Assembly: GCA_038225855.1 (NCBI GenBank) | Contig: JBBRQU010000016.1 | Coordinates: 3,983-67,982, forward strand | DNA length: 64,000 bases | Direction: 5' to 3' | Source: Burkholderiales bacterium | Lineage (GTDB): Bacteria; Pseudomonadota; Gammaproteobacteria; Burkholderiales; Burkholderiaceae_D | In this document: in pieces, positions 49,716-60,548 of the stretch | Layout: each line of letters opens with the position of its first letter | Position numbering within the stretch: the first letter of the stretch is position 1 | The notes under the pieces: generated by a model | Told to the model about the DNA's origin: nothing | Seen by the model: only the letters and a program-made list of their open reading frames with translations | Database searches by the model: none | Program-made: the position numbers and the translations under genes

Positions 49716-50606
49716 TCAGGAGCTGCGTCCTCGAATGGTTTCGAGCACACCTTCGAGTTGATCGAAGTCCGCAAAGTCGATCAACAGCTGGCCGCGATTC
49801 TTCGCGCGCATCTTGATCGTGACGGTGGTGGCGAGTCGATCGGACAACTCCGTCTCCAACCGCGAGATGTCGTTGCCGCGTTCTCCATTGCCCGATGATC
49901 GCGACGCTTTGGAGTGCGAGAGAGAAAAGCTCGCACCGACCCGAGAGACCATTCTCTCTGCATCGCGAACGGTCATGCGTTTGGCGACGATCTGATTGGC
50001 AAGCGTGATCTGCGTCGCGGCGTCGACCCCGAGCAGCGCGCGCGCATGTCCCATGTCGAGGTCGCCCGCCAACAACAGACTCTGCACAGGTTTCGCGAGG
50101 TTCAACAGACGCAGGAGGTTCGAGGTTGCGCTACGCGAACGGCCGATCGCTGTCGCGGCGCCCTCATGGGTCAGATGAAATTCGGATATCAGGCGCTGGA
50201 CGCCTTGCGCCTCCTCAAGAGGATTCAAGTCTTCGCGCTGGATGTTCTCGATCAGCGCCATCACGGCGGCCGACTGGTCGGAGACGTCACGCACGAGCAC
50301 GGGTACGTCGGTCAGACCGGCAAGCGCGGCCGCACGGACGCGCCGCTCTCCCGCGATTATTTCGTAGCGCGACGCACCGGTCGCGCGTACCAGGATCGGT
50401 TGCATCACTCCCTGGCTTCTGATCGATTCGGCGAGTTCCGCGAGCGCTCCTTCGTCCATGCGCGTGCGAGGCTGATACTTGCCCGGCTGCAAGATGTCGA
50501 GTGGCAAGGTATGTGGGACATTCGAATCGTCGGTCAAAGCAGCGGGCGCGTCGTTGGCGCCGAGCAATGCTTCGAGGCCGCGTCCCAAGCCTTTCTTTTT
50601 TGTCAT
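49716..50606 (-). CDS. parB: chromosome partitioning protein ParB
   Basis: KKGLGRGLEALLG, QPRTRMDEGALAELAESIRSQGVMQPILVR, EIIAGERRVRAA, HTH region. Confidence 0.95.
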   Translation of the reverse strand: MTKKKGLGRGLEALLGANDAPAALTDDSNVPHTLPLDILQPGKYQPRTRMDEGALAELAESIRSQGVMQPILVRATGASRYEIIAGERRVRAAALAGLTDVPVLVRDVSDQSAAVMALIENIQREDLNPLEEAQGVQRLISEFHLTHEGAATAIGRSRSATSNLLRLLNLAKPVQSLLLAGDLDMGHARALLGVDAATQITLANQIVAKRMTVRDAERMVSRVGASFSLSHSKASRSSGNGERGNDISRLETELSDRLATTVTIKMRAKNRGQLLIDFADFDQLEGVLETIRGRSS

Positions 50607-51427
50607 GTTGCGGCGACCCCCGTGATGGCTGCGGTGTCAAGTTTCGGAGCCTCAGGCGGATGAGGCCGAAACCGCTCGATCATCTCCGCGCCGAACGCGA
50701 CGTAGGCCTGTGCTCCTTTGCTCGATATGTCGAACAGCACGCCCGGAATACCGTACGACGGCGCTTCCGCCAGCCGGATATTTCGCGGCACGAGCGTCTT
50801 GAACACCTTGTCGCCGAAGTGAGATTCGAGTTGTGAGGACACTTGATTGGCGAGCGTGGAGCGCGGATCGAACATGACGCGCAAGAGTCCGATGATTTCC
50901 AGATCGGGGTTGAGGTTTCGATGCACTTGCTTGATTGTGTTCACGAGGTCCGACAGGCCCTCGAGCGCGTAGTACTCGCATTGCATCGGGATGATGACTC
51001 CTTGTGCAGCCGTGAGTCCGTTAAGCGTCAGTAGCGACAGCGCAGGCGGGCAATCGATCAAAACGAAATCGTATTCGGAAAGATGCGGTGCGAGCGCGGC
51101 CCTGAGGCGGGTTTCGCGGTGCTCCATCTCAACGAGGTCGATCTCGGCGCCTGAGAGTTCGCGGTTGGCGGGAAGTACGTCATAGCGCCCGGTTTCCGAA
51201 TGCTTGCGCACCGATGCGAGCGGCTGCAATCCGAGCAACAGCTGATAGACGCTTGTAGACAGGTTGCGCTTGTCGATTCCCGACCCCATCGTTGCATTGC
51301 CTTGGGGGTCGAGATCGATCAGGAGCACCCGCTGTTTCAAAGCCGCGAGCGCGGCGGCCAGGTTCACGGTTGTCGTGGTCTTGCCGACCCCACCCTTTTG
51401 GTTCGCGATTGCGAAAATTCTTGCCAT
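50603..51427 (-). CDS. parA: chromosome partitioning ATPase ParA (Soj)
   Basis: Start at the internal ATG 51427 (MARIFAIANQKGGVGKTTTTVNLAAALA, a deviant Walker A). ATGA overlap with parB. Confidence 0.95.
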   Translation of the reverse strand: MARIFAIANQKGGVGKTTTTVNLAAALAALKQRVLLIDLDPQGNATMGSGIDKRNLSTSVYQLLLGLQPLASVRKHSETGRYDVLPANRELSGAEIDLVEMEHRETRLRAALAPHLSEYDFVLIDCPPALSLLTLNGLTAAQGVIIPMQCEYYALEGLSDLVNTIKQVHRNLNPDLEIIGLLRVMFDPRSTLANQVSSQLESHFGDKVFKTLVPRNIRLAEAPSYGIPGVLFDISSKGAQAYVAFGAEMIERFRPHPPEAPKLDTAAITGVAAT

Positions 51428-51435
51428 CGGCTCGA

Positions 51436-52167
51436 CTATGTTTGAGGACGCGGCATCACGGCGCGCCTGAGAACGACGGCGCACCGCTTCGCGCCAAGGA
51501 AGGGAACATGGAGAGTGCGCACTTCGACGACTTTCCACGAGGGTGGCAATGCGACGATTTCGGCGCCGGGATTCACACCCTTCATGGCGATCACGGTGGT
51601 CGAATCCTCAGCGAGGCGATCGATCGAGTGAACCATGCGCGACAAATCTGCATACGCCCGCGACACAATAACAGAAGGTGATTTGTCGAGAGTGAGCGCT
51701 TCTATACGAGCGTGTTTCGGGTGAATGTTCGGGAGCTTCAGCGAGGTCTTTGCCTGCTGCAGAAAGCTGATCTTCTTGGCCACGGCGTCGACAAGCAGGA
51801 GGCGACGCTGGGGCAACGTGATCGCCAAAGGAATCCCTGGGAGGCCGGCTCCTGTGCCGACGTCCAGCACGTCTAGACCCTCGCAGTTGGCGACGAGCTC
51901 CACGATGGACAGCGAATCGAGCAAATGCAACGCGAGCATCTTGAGGGGATCAAGTACTGCGGTAAGATTGTAAACAGCGTTCCAGCGGAGAAGCAGGGCG
52001 ACATATTGAATCAGCAACTCCTGCTGATAAGCCGGCAGCGAGAGACTCAAACCATCGAGCCCTTGCTGAAGTTGTTGCCGCAGGAGCTTGTCGCGACCTG
52101 CGTCGTTTGAGGTCTGCGCGTCATCATGCGCGGCCTGCCTTGCCCATGACTTCTGCGCCGCCGTCAT
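51436..52167 (-). CDS. rsmG: 16S rRNA (guanine527-N7)-methyltransferase
   Basis: [39 protein letters not shown] overlap with mnmG. Confidence 0.9.
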   Translation of the reverse strand: MTAAQKSWARQAAHDDAQTSNDAGRDKLLRQQLQQGLDGLSLSLPAYQQELLIQYVALLLRWNAVYNLTAVLDPLKMLALHLLDSLSIVELVANCEGLDVLDVGTGAGLPGIPLAITLPQRRLLLVDAVAKKISFLQQAKTSLKLPNIHPKHARIEALTLDKSPSVIVSRAYADLSRMVHSIDRLAEDSTTVIAMKGVNPGAEIVALPPSWKVVEVRTLHVPFLGAKRCAVVLRRAVMPRPQT

Positions 52168-54098
52168 GCCGATTCGATTTTTTGGCCGCGCTGTTCATTA
52201 AAACGCCCTAATCCGCGTTTCAAATGCACCAGCAGCAACGAGATCGAGGCGGGCGTCACGCCGGCGATGCGGGATGCCTCGCCCAGCGTACCCGGCATGC
52301 GGGCAGCGAGTTTTTGACGCGCCTCGAAAGAGAGTCCGCGAACCATCGTGTAGTCGATGCCGAGTGGCAACTTCATGGCTTCAAGTTCGTTCACGCGCGC
52401 CACGTCGTGCTTCTGGCGCTCGACATAGCCGGCGTACTTCGCATTGATTTCGACCTGTTCGGTTACTTCCTCTTCGTTAGCACTTTGTTCCAGGATGAGT
52501 AAGTCCTCGGCGGTGCGTAGAGTGGCTAGTTCGCGATAACTCACGTCCGGACGCCGGAGCAAATCCAAAAGTCGATATTCGCGCTCGATCCCTTGCCCCA
52601 GCACGCGTTGTGCTTCCGACGCCCTCAGCGTCTTGGGGCTGACCCAGGTATTCCGCAAACGCTCGGTTTCACGTGAAACAGCATCGCGCTTTCGATTAAA
52701 GGCGTCCCACCGTTCGTCTCCGATGCATCCGAGTTTCCGACCGAGTTCCGTCAAGCGCATGTCGGCGTTGTCCTCGCGCAGACTGAGACGAAATTCGGCT
52801 CGGCTCGTGAACATCCGATAGGGCTCCGAAACGCCGCGAGTAATCAGGTCATCGACCAGCACACCCAGATAGGCTTCGTCGCGACGCGGACACCAGCTCT
52901 CTCTGCCTTGGGCCAGCAGCGCCGCATTGATTCCTGCAAGCAACCCTTGCGCTGCCGCCTCTTCGTATCCGGTAGTGCCATTGACTTGCCCAGCGAAAAA
53001 CAAACCTCCTATCGCCCTTGCTTCCAACGAGTTCTTGAGTGCGCGCGGATCGAAGTAGTCGTATTCGATCGCATATCCAGGTCTGAGCAAGTGCGCATCC
53101 TCGAGTCCACGGATACTGTGAACGAGCTCGCATTGCACATCGAACGGAAGACTCGTCGAGATCCCGTTGGGATAAAACTCGTGTGTCGTCAGCCCCTCCG
53201 GTTCAAGGAAGATTTGATGGCTGTCCTTCGATGCGAAGCGATGAATCTTGTCTTCGATACTGGGGCAATATCGCGGCCCAACCCCTTCGATCACGCCGCT
53301 GTACATCGGCGAACGATCCAGCGCGCCCCGAATGATCTCGTGCGTTTTGCGGTTGGTATGTGTGATCCAGCAGGAAAGTTGCGCGGGATGCATTTCTCTT
53401 TTTCCGAGAAATGAGAAAACCGGGACTGGATCGAGATCGCCGGGCTGTTCCTCCATCTCTGAAAAATCGATGGTTCGCCCATCGATGCGCGGCGGCGTTC
53501 CGGTCTTCAATCGGCCTTGTGGAAGCTTCATTTCCCGGAGACAGGACGACAGGGAGATAGCGGGAGGATCCCCCGCTCGTCCGGCCGCGTAATTTTCGAG
53601 GCCGACATGGATTCGACCATTCAGGAACGTACCGGCCGTCAGCACAACTGAAGTGGCCATGAAGCGAATACCCGATTGGGTGATAACTCCTTGAACGCAA
53701 TCGCCCTGCAAGACCAGATCATCAGCGGCTTGCTGGAACAGCCAGAGGTTGGGCTGGTTTTCGAGGCGCCGCCGAATCGCAGCCTTGTACAACAAACGGT
53801 CGGCTTGCGCCCGAGTCGCACGGACTGCCGGGCCCTTGCTGCTATTCAAAATTCTGAACTGTATGCCCGCTTCATCGGTGGCCAGCGCCATCGCCCCGCC
53901 CAAGGCATCGAGCTCACGCACGAGATGGCCCTTGCCGATTCCGCCGATGGAAGGATTGCAACTCATCGCCCCTAGCGTCTCGATGTTGTGCGTAAGCAGC
54001 AGCGTCGAGGCGCCCATCCGCGCCGACGCGAGCGCCGCCTCTGTGCCGGCATGGCCGCCGCCGATGACCAGAACCTCGAATTGTTTGGGGTACTGCAT
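52164..54098 (-). CDS. mnmG: tRNA uridine 5-carboxymethylaminomethyl modification enzyme MnmG (GidA)
   Basis: [71 protein letters not shown]. 644 aa. Confidence 0.97.
   Translation of the reverse strand: MQYPKQFEVLVIGGGHAGTEAALASARMGASTLLLTHNIETLGAMSCNPSIGGIGKGHLVRELDALGGAMALATDEAGIQFRILNSSKGPAVRATRAQADRLLYKAAIRRRLENQPNLWLFQQAADDLVLQGDCVQGVITQSGIRFMATSVVLTAGTFLNGRIHVGLENYAAGRAGDPPAISLSSCLREMKLPQGRLKTGTPPRIDGRTIDFSEMEEQPGDLDPVPVFSFLGKREMHPAQLSCWITHTNRKTHEIIRGALDRSPMYSGVIEGVGPRYCPSIEDKIHRFASKDSHQIFLEPEGLTTHEFYPNGISTSLPFDVQCELVHSIRGLEDAHLLRPGYAIEYDYFDPRALKNSLEARAIGGLFFAGQVNGTTGYEEAAAQGLLAGINAALLAQGRESWCPRRDEAYLGVLVDDLITRGVSEPYRMFTSRAEFRLSLREDNADMRLTELGRKLGCIGDERWDAFNRKRDAVSRETERLRNTWVSPKTLRASEAQRVLGQGIEREYRLLDLLRRPDVSYRELATLRTAEDLLILEQSANEEEVTEQVEINAKYAGYVERQKHDVARVNELEAMKLPLGIDYTMVRGLSFEARQKLAARMPGTLGEASRIAGVTPASISLLLVHLKRGLGRFNEQRGQKIESA
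52665..52680. other. parS-like site (15/16 match), inside mnmG
   Basis: GGTTTCACGTGAAACA compared with the consensus TGTTNCACGTGAAACA. It shares a 15-mer with the perfect site at 54158. Confidence 0.6.
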
Positions 54099-54157
54099 GG
54101 TGGCCGCCTATGAAAAGAGGCGTGATTATCCAGTTTCCGGGAACCTTATGCCACCGC

Positions 54158-54173
54158 TGTTTCACGTGAAACA
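54158..54173. other. parS centromere-like site (perfect consensus palindrome)
   Basis: TGTTTCACGTGAAACA is a perfect 16-bp palindrome equal to the ParB/Spo0J parS consensus. It lies 60 nt upstream of the mnmG start and 2.7 kb from parA. Confidence 0.8.
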
Positions 54174-54381
54174 AGGACCCTACTATTTCGAATTAATGCG
54201 AGTACTTACTTTCCTGTGGCGCCTCATAATTCGGCCCACTGTTGGATCGCGTATAGCTATCGCGGGGTTTTCGAAGACCTCAAGCGCGGTGGCTGGCGGG
54301 AAAGCGAGGCAGAGTCGACGCGCCCGATGCGATTGCATTGCAATGGGAACTGTCCGCTGAAGAGCGGGCGAGCGGTGTGCG

Positions 54382-55344
54382 CTAACGTCTTGCTTGGCGC
54401 TTGGTCCGAAACGCTTCGAACTCGCCAACGATGCCCCGACGAAAGAGGAGAACGCACACCACAAATATGACCCCGATGATCACGGTCACCCAGGAGCCGA
54501 CGCGATCTGCCAGTAGATCCTGAAGGGAAATCACGACGCCCGCCCCGAGCGCGGGGCCGAAAAACGTTCCCAGTCCCCCGAGCAGCGTCATCAAAATGAC
54601 CTCGCCCGACATTTGCCACTGCACGTCGGTCAACGTCGCCAATTGTACGACCAGCGACTTCAGCGACCCGCCAAGTCCAGCGAGCGCCGTCGAAAGAACA
54701 AATGCGAGCAGCTTGTAGCGATCGACCGCATACCCCAAAGAAATTGCCCGTGACTCATTCTCGCGAATCGCCTTCAGTACCTGGCCGAAGGGGGAATGCA
54801 CTACGCGCCGAATAAACAGAAAGACTGCAATGAAAATCGCGAGCACGAAGTAATACATGCTCGTGTCGGACTCGAGCGAGATCATGCCGAAAAGCCTGCC
54901 CCGGGGAACGCCCTGCAGCCCGTCTTCACCATGTGTGAACGGCGCCTGCAGACACACAAAGTACACCATCTGCGCAAGCGCCAAGGTAATCATCGCGAAG
55001 TAGATGCCTTGGCGACGGATCGCGATCGCCCCCACGACAAGGCCCATCGCAGCCGCGATCACGACGCCGAAAATGATGCCCAATTCGGGGGTCACGTTCA
55101 TAGCCTTCACTATCCACCCCGTTGCATACGCCGCGCTGCCGAAGAACGCGGCATGTCCGAACGAGAGCAATCCTGTGTATCCCAGAAGCAGATTGAAAGC
55201 GCACGCAAAAATCGCGAAGCACAACACTTTCATCACCAGGACCGGATAAAGACCGATAAAGGGCGCGGCAAGCGCCACCGCCAGCAGCACGGCGTAGCCC
55301 GCCAAGGCGAACGGAGAGGGCGGTTCGAGACGCACGTCAGGCAC
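54382..55344 (-). CDS. branched-chain amino acid ABC transporter permease (LivM-like)
   Basis: 320 aa and multi-TM. LLLGYTGLLSFGHAAFFG is a LivM-type motif. 8-nt overlap with the upstream permease gene. Confidence 0.85.
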   Translation of the reverse strand: MPDVRLEPPSPFALAGYAVLLAVALAAPFIGLYPVLVMKVLCFAIFACAFNLLLGYTGLLSFGHAAFFGSAAYATGWIVKAMNVTPELGIIFGVVIAAAMGLVVGAIAIRRQGIYFAMITLALAQMVYFVCLQAPFTHGEDGLQGVPRGRLFGMISLESDTSMYYFVLAIFIAVFLFIRRVVHSPFGQVLKAIRENESRAISLGYAVDRYKLLAFVLSTALAGLGGSLKSLVVQLATLTDVQWQMSGEVILMTLLGGLGTFFGPALGAGVVISLQDLLADRVGSWVTVIIGVIFVVCVLLFRRGIVGEFEAFRTKRQARR

Positions 55345-56224
55345 CCTTCCCGAAAAGGCCTGCGGGTCGAAGAATCAGCACGACGATCATGATGACGAAG
55401 ACGACGACGTTCGATGCCTCCGGATAGAACACGCGAGTCAGGCCCTCGATCAGGCCCAGTGCGAGCCCGGTGACGATCGAGCCCAGGATCGAACCCATGC
55501 CACCGATCACGACGACCGCGAAGACGACGATGATGAGGTTCGACCCCATCAACGGCGTAACCTGAATGATGGGCGCCGCGAGTACGCCGGCCAGAGCGGC
55601 GAGCGCGGCGCCCGCGCCGTAAGTGCACATCACCATGACCGGCACATTGACGCCAAAAGCCTGGACGAGCGCAGGGTTCTCGGTCGCCGCCCGCAGGGTG
55701 GACCCAAGCCGCGTTTTCTCGATCAGGAACCAGGTTGCGAAGCAGACCACCATCGAAGCGAGCACGACCCATGCGCGATAGTTCGGCAAGGTCATGAAGC
55801 CGATGTCGGTCGAGCCTTGCAATGCCTCGGGCACGCTGTACGATTGCCCGGACACGCCGAATTGATGGATGAATAGCCCCTCGGCGATCAACGCGAGCCC
55901 GAAAGTGAGCAACAAGCCATACAACGGATCGAGCTTGTACAGGTGCTTCAGGAGCAGACGCTCGATCAAGATGCCGAGCGCTGCGATCAGCAGCGGTGCG
56001 AGAACCAGCGCGAACCAGTAATTGACCCCGAACGTATCGAGCATGATCCACGCCGCATACGCGCCCATCATGTAGAGCGCGCCATGCGCGAAGTTGACAA
56101 TCCCGAGCAGACCGAAAATCACCGCAAGGCCCAGCGACAGCAGCGCATAGAACGAGCCGTTGACGAGTCCGAGCAGTAGTTGGCCCAAAAGGGCCTGGAT
56201 CGGAATGCCGAAAATTTCAGTCAT
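55337..56224 (-). CDS. branched-chain amino acid ABC transporter permease (LivH-like)
   Basis: 295 aa. LLGQLLLGLVNGSFYALLSLGLAVIFGLLGIVNFAHGALYM is the typical LivH N-terminus. Confidence 0.85.
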   Translation of the reverse strand: MTEIFGIPIQALLGQLLLGLVNGSFYALLSLGLAVIFGLLGIVNFAHGALYMMGAYAAWIMLDTFGVNYWFALVLAPLLIAALGILIERLLLKHLYKLDPLYGLLLTFGLALIAEGLFIHQFGVSGQSYSVPEALQGSTDIGFMTLPNYRAWVVLASMVVCFATWFLIEKTRLGSTLRAATENPALVQAFGVNVPVMVMCTYGAGAALAALAGVLAAPIIQVTPLMGSNLIIVVFAVVVIGGMGSILGSIVTGLALGLIEGLTRVFYPEASNVVVFVIMIVVLILRPAGLFGKGA

Positions 56225-56293
56225 GCGATGTAAGGTTGAGGATTACATGATTCACCGGCGTCTCGCTACGCCGGTGAATCATGCAAGAGCCGA

Positions 56294-57505
56294 TCAGGAC
56301 TTCTTGAGTAGCGGGCACACCGACTTGGCTGGCGAAAGGAATGCCTGGTCACCCGGGACCTTGGTGACCAGCTTGTAGTAATCCCAAGGATACTTCGACT
56401 CTCCCGGCGCCTTGACCTCGAGCAGGTACATCTCGTGGATCATGCGACCGTCGGCGCGCACGTAGCCGTCCTTGGCATAGAAGTCATTGACCCTGGACTG
56501 CTTCATCTGCGCCATGACCTTTTCGCCATCATCGGTACCGGCCGCCTTCACGGCGTTCAGATAGAACGACGTCACCGAATAGTCGGCTGCCTGCAGGCTC
56601 GACGGTTCCTTCTTCATCTTTTCGAAATAGCGCTTCGACCAGGCGCGACTCTCGGCGTCCTTGTCCCAATACCAACTGTCCGTGGCCACCAGGCCTTGGG
56701 CGGTCGCCAGTCCGAGACTGTGCACGTCGTTGATGAAGATCAGAAGGGCCGCGATCTTCATCGTCTTGGTGATGCCGAATTCCTTCGCCGCCTTGATCGT
56801 GTTGATGGTGTCGCCGCCCGCGTTGGCAAGCCCGAGGATCTGCGCTTTCGACGACTGCGCCTGCAGAAGGAACGAGGAGAAGTCCGAAGCCGCGAGCGGG
56901 TGTCGCACGGCGCCGACCACCGTGCCGCCGTTGGCCTTGACCACCTCGGTCGCATCCTTCTCCAACGACGCGCCGAATGCATAGTCGGCCGTGAGGAAAT
57001 ACCAGCTCTTGCCGCCGTTCTTGACGATCTGCGACCCCGACACCTGGGCCAGGGCCACGGTGTCGTACGCGTAGTGAATCGTGTAGGGCGTGCAATCCTC
57101 GTTGGTCAAACGGTTCGAGCCCGGACCAACCGCCAGAAAGGGCTTCTTCTTCTCGGCGGCGACTTTGGCCATCGCGATCGCGGTGCCCGAGTTGGTCCCG
57201 CCGATCAGCATGTCGAGTCCCTGTGTGTCGAACCACTCGCGCGCCTTGCTTACGGCAACGTCGGCCTTGTTCTGATGATCGGCCGTCAGCAATTCGATCT
57301 TCTTGCCGGCCACGCTGCCTCCCATGTCGGCGATAGCCATCTTGATTGCTTCGACGCCGCCTTGTCCGTCGAGGTCGGAATACAAACCCGACATATCGGT
57401 GATGAATCCGATCCTGATCACGTCACCGGAAATCTGCGCCTGCGCGCCGCCCGCCATGGTCATGCCGGCAACAGCCAGCGCACCCGCGATGATCTTGAGT
57501 TTCAT
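56294..57505 (-). CDS. ABC transporter substrate-binding protein (LivK/type I periplasmic binding fold)
   Basis: Start at ATG 57505 with an AGGAG SD. Signal peptide MKLKIIAGALAVAGMTMAGGAQAQ. IRIGFITDMSGLYSD. Confidence 0.85.
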   Translation of the reverse strand: MKLKIIAGALAVAGMTMAGGAQAQISGDVIRIGFITDMSGLYSDLDGQGGVEAIKMAIADMGGSVAGKKIELLTADHQNKADVAVSKAREWFDTQGLDMLIGGTNSGTAIAMAKVAAEKKKPFLAVGPGSNRLTNEDCTPYTIHYAYDTVALAQVSGSQIVKNGGKSWYFLTADYAFGASLEKDATEVVKANGGTVVGAVRHPLAASDFSSFLLQAQSSKAQILGLANAGGDTINTIKAAKEFGITKTMKIAALLIFINDVHSLGLATAQGLVATDSWYWDKDAESRAWSKRYFEKMKKEPSSLQAADYSVTSFYLNAVKAAGTDDGEKVMAQMKQSRVNDFYAKDGYVRADGRMIHEMYLLEVKAPGESKYPWDYYKLVTKVPGDQAFLSPAKSVCPLLKKS

Positions 57506-57540
57506 GTATTGCTCCTCTTTCAAAAAAAATGATGTGTGCT

Positions 57541-58266
57541 CTAAACGCCGAGGTACTCGTGCAACATATCCATGTTGGTTTTCAATTCGGATTGCACGAA
57601 GCGTTTGACGATCTTTCCGTGCTCCATCACGCAGAAGCGGTCGGCAAGCGGAGCCGCAAAGCGAAAATTCTGTTCGACCAGCACCACCGTATAGCCCTTT
57701 TGCTTCAGCGTACGAATGACTTCGCCCAGCTTCTGCACGATCACCGGCGCGAGTCCCTCGGAAATTTCATCGAGCAACAGCAATCGCGCGCCGGTGCGCA
57801 AGATGCGCGCGACGGCGAGCATCTGCTGCTCGCCACCCGACAAGCGTGTACCCGGACTCGACGCGCGCTCCTGCAGGTTGGGGAACATCGCGTAGATTTC
57901 CTCCACCGGCATCGGCTCGCCGACCAGCCCGCCCGCGACGCCCTTGAGCTCGGGCGGCAGCATCAGATTCTCTTCAGCAGTCAAGCTGGAGAAGATGCCG
58001 CGCTCTTCGGGGCAATAGCCGATGCCCATGCGCGCGATCTGATGCGAGGCGAGTTTCACCGTCTCGTCGCCGCCGACCTTGATCGACCCGCTGCGACGAC
58101 CGACCAGTCCCATGATCGCGCGCAGCGTCGTGGTCCGACCCGAGCCATTGCGCCCGAGCAGCGTCACGACCTCGCCCGCATCGACCGCGAAGTCCACCCC
58201 GTGCAGGATGTGCGACTCCCCGTACCAGGCATTGAGTTCGTCGACAGACAGGACGCTGGCCATCAA
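57541..58266 (-). CDS. ABC transporter ATP-binding protein (LivF-like)
   Basis: GRNGSGRTTTL Walker A, LSGGEQQMLAVAR signature, LLLLDE Walker B. Confidence 0.9.
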   Translation of the reverse strand: MMASVLSVDELNAWYGESHILHGVDFAVDAGEVVTLLGRNGSGRTTTLRAIMGLVGRRSGSIKVGGDETVKLASHQIARMGIGYCPEERGIFSSLTAEENLMLPPELKGVAGGLVGEPMPVEEIYAMFPNLQERASSPGTRLSGGEQQMLAVARILRTGARLLLLDEISEGLAPVIVQKLGEVIRTLKQKGYTVVLVEQNFRFAAPLADRFCVMEHGKIVKRFVQSELKTNMDMLHEYLGV

Positions 58267-59075
58267 TGCGCCCCGACAAGCGTCGCGTCGGCGCTGCCCA
58301 TATAGGCCTCGATGACCTTCGGATGTTTGGACACCACCGCGTAGGGCCCTTCAGCCAACACCGCGCCGCGCGCCAGCACAGTGATGGTATTGGCGATCGA
58401 CGAGACCACGCTCATGTTGTGTTCGACCATCAGGATCGTGCGGTTGGCCGACACCTTGCGTATCAGTTCGGTGACGCGACCCACATCCTCGTGACCCATC
58501 CCTTGCGTGGGTTCGTCGAGCAACATCATCTCGGGTTCGAGCGCGAGCGTCGTCGCGATCTCGAGCGCGCGCTTGCGGCCGTATGCAAGCTCGACCGTCT
58601 GCGTATCGGCAAACGACTCGAGGCCGACCTCGGCCAACAACTGCAGCGCACGATCGTTCAACTGCGCCAGCGAGCTTTCGGGCTTCCAGAAATAGAACGA
58701 CGTGCCGAGGTTGCGTTGCAGGGCCACTCGCACGTTTTCGAGCACCGTCATGTGCGGGAACACCGCCGAAATCTGGAACGAACGGACGATGCCGCGTCGC
58801 GCCGTCTGAGCGGGCCGTTCGCTCGTGATGTCGACGCCGTTGAAGACGATTTGCCCGGCCGTCGGCGGCAAGAACTTGGTCAGCAGATTGAAGAAGGTCG
58901 TCTTGCCCGCGCCGTTCGGTCCGATCAGCGCGTGGATCTCGCCGCGCTTGACCGAGATCGATACATCGTTGACCGCGACGAAGCCCTTGAACTCTTTTCG
59001 CAGTCCGCGCGTCTCGAGAATCACGGCGCCGTTGGCCATCGAGGTCCTGACGGAATCGTCCATCGGCTGATTCAT
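58263..59075 (-). CDS. ABC transporter ATP-binding protein (LivG-like)
   Basis: Start at the internal ATG 59075 (MNQPMDD...). An alternative start is 59063. GPNGAGKTTFFN Walker A, LAYGRKRALEIA, MLLDEP. Confidence 0.88.
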   Translation of the reverse strand: MNQPMDDSVRTSMANGAVILETRGLRKEFKGFVAVNDVSISVKRGEIHALIGPNGAGKTTFFNLLTKFLPPTAGQIVFNGVDITSERPAQTARRGIVRSFQISAVFPHMTVLENVRVALQRNLGTSFYFWKPESSLAQLNDRALQLLAEVGLESFADTQTVELAYGRKRALEIATTLALEPEMMLLDEPTQGMGHEDVGRVTELIRKVSANRTILMVEHNMSVVSSIANTITVLARGAVLAEGPYAVVSKHPKVIEAYMGSADATLVGAH

Positions 59076-59459
59076 TGCCGCGCGACCGCAGCCGAACGGA
59101 CCAACGCGAAAATTGGCCCCGAGAACGCAGTCGCTGCGGTGGCGATCATGGGTGGTCTCGAACGGCGATGGATGGGCGGGGCTCGAACAAGCTGCGCGTC
59201 GTGCGCAATGCCATCGTTGCAACGAGGTCCGGTCTGGAAAGAGGAGGCAGCGTATCAGGATTCATTCAGCGGCTGGATGCGCGCAAACCCTGATTGCATG
59301 CGGCCTGTGCGCCACAAACGAGCGCGTATGCACATCGCTTTCAACCGGTGCGGCACGAAAGACCGACGCGCGAACACACAAACGCGTGACGAAGCGGACG
59401 TAACCGGTTAATTTCCGCGTACCGCCCACGCCCACCTCACGATCTTTCTGGAGCACTGC

Positions 59460-60548
59460 ATGAAGAGCCTGCCGACGATGGGTAGCGTGGCCGTCCTCTG
59501 TTTCGCAGTCGCGAACGTCGAAGCTCTCGACTCGCGCCGTATCCCGGCCAAGGCGCCGGTCCCATCGAACTCCTCGGGCGCGCCGCAACTTTCCGCGCAA
59601 ACGCCGCCCGACGCCGCCGGACGCACCTTGCGGGTCGGCCCCTCGGTCGAGTACGCCACACCGAGTGCGGCCGCAGCGGTCGCACGGGACGGCGACACGA
59701 TCGAGATCGCATCGGGCGACTATCGCGGCGACGTCGCCGTGTGGAACGCCAGCCGCATCAGAATCGTCGGCGCGGACCCGCGCCCCCATCTCCATGCCGA
59801 GGGCCGCGATGCGCAAGGCAAGGGAATCTGGGTGGTGCGCGGAGACGATGTCACCATCGAGAATGTCGAGATGTCCGGGGCGCACGTGGCCGATCGAAAC
59901 GGCGCCGCGATTCGCTCCGAGGGACGCAATCTGCTTTTGCGCAACGTCTTTCTGCACGACAACGAGAATGGCCTGATGAGCGGCGCCAAACCCACGAGCG
60001 AGATCGCCATCGAGCATTGCGAATTCGCGCGCAACGGCGGCGGCGACGGCTTCACGCACAACCTCTACGTCGGCAACATCGCCAAGCTGATCGTCAGGCA
60101 AAGTTATCTGCATCACGCCATCGCCGGACACAACCTCAAGAGTCGCGCCGCGATTTCCATCCTCACCGACAATCGCCTGGCCGACGAGGCCGATGGTCGT
60201 GCGAGCTACGAAGCGGACTTCCCCAACGGCGGTCAGGTGCTGCTCGCATTCAACATCTTCCAGAAGGGAGCTTCCGCGGAAAACTCCACGCTCGTCTCGT
60301 ACGGCGCGGAGGGCTTGTCCCCCGAAGCCAAGAGCGAGTTCGTCGCGAAGGGCAACACCTTCATCAGCCAGCGTCCGAACGGATCGCGTTTCATCTTTCT
60401 CGCGCCCGGAACCAAGACCATCAACATCAACGGCAACGTCTTCGCCGGTCCGGGAACGCTCCCCGATGTGCCCGGCATCAAGGCCAACAATGCCGTGCAG
60501 CGCGAGATGCCCGGCAACGTCGATTTGAAACCCGAGGGATTCCGATAG
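59460..60548 (+). CDS. secreted right-handed parallel beta-helix repeat protein (pectate-lyase-fold, function unknown)
   Basis: Signal peptide MKSLPTMGSVAVLCFAVANVEA. Repeated turns IENVEMSG / LRNVFLHDNENGLMSG / IEHCEFARNGGGDGFTHNLYVG / VRQSYLHHAIAGHNLKSR. Confidence 0.55.
   Translation: MKSLPTMGSVAVLCFAVANVEALDSRRIPAKAPVPSNSSGAPQLSAQTPPDAAGRTLRVGPSVEYATPSAAAAVARDGDTIEIASGDYRGDVAVWNASRIRIVGADPRPHLHAEGRDAQGKGIWVVRGDDVTIENVEMSGAHVADRNGAAIRSEGRNLLLRNVFLHDNENGLMSGAKPTSEIAIEHCEFARNGGGDGFTHNLYVGNIAKLIVRQSYLHHAIAGHNLKSRAAISILTDNRLADEADGRASYEADFPNGGQVLLAFNIFQKGASAENSTLVSYGAEGLSPEAKSEFVAKGNTFISQRPNGSRFIFLAPGTKTININGNVFAGPGTLPDVPGIKANNAVQREMPGNVDLKPEGFR

Noticed and set aside
54126-54134. DnaA-box-like TTATCCAGT upstream of mnmG as evidence for oriC at gidA
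   Set aside because: It is only a 7/9 match and a single copy, with no adjacent AT-rich unwinding element. That is insufficient to call an origin here.
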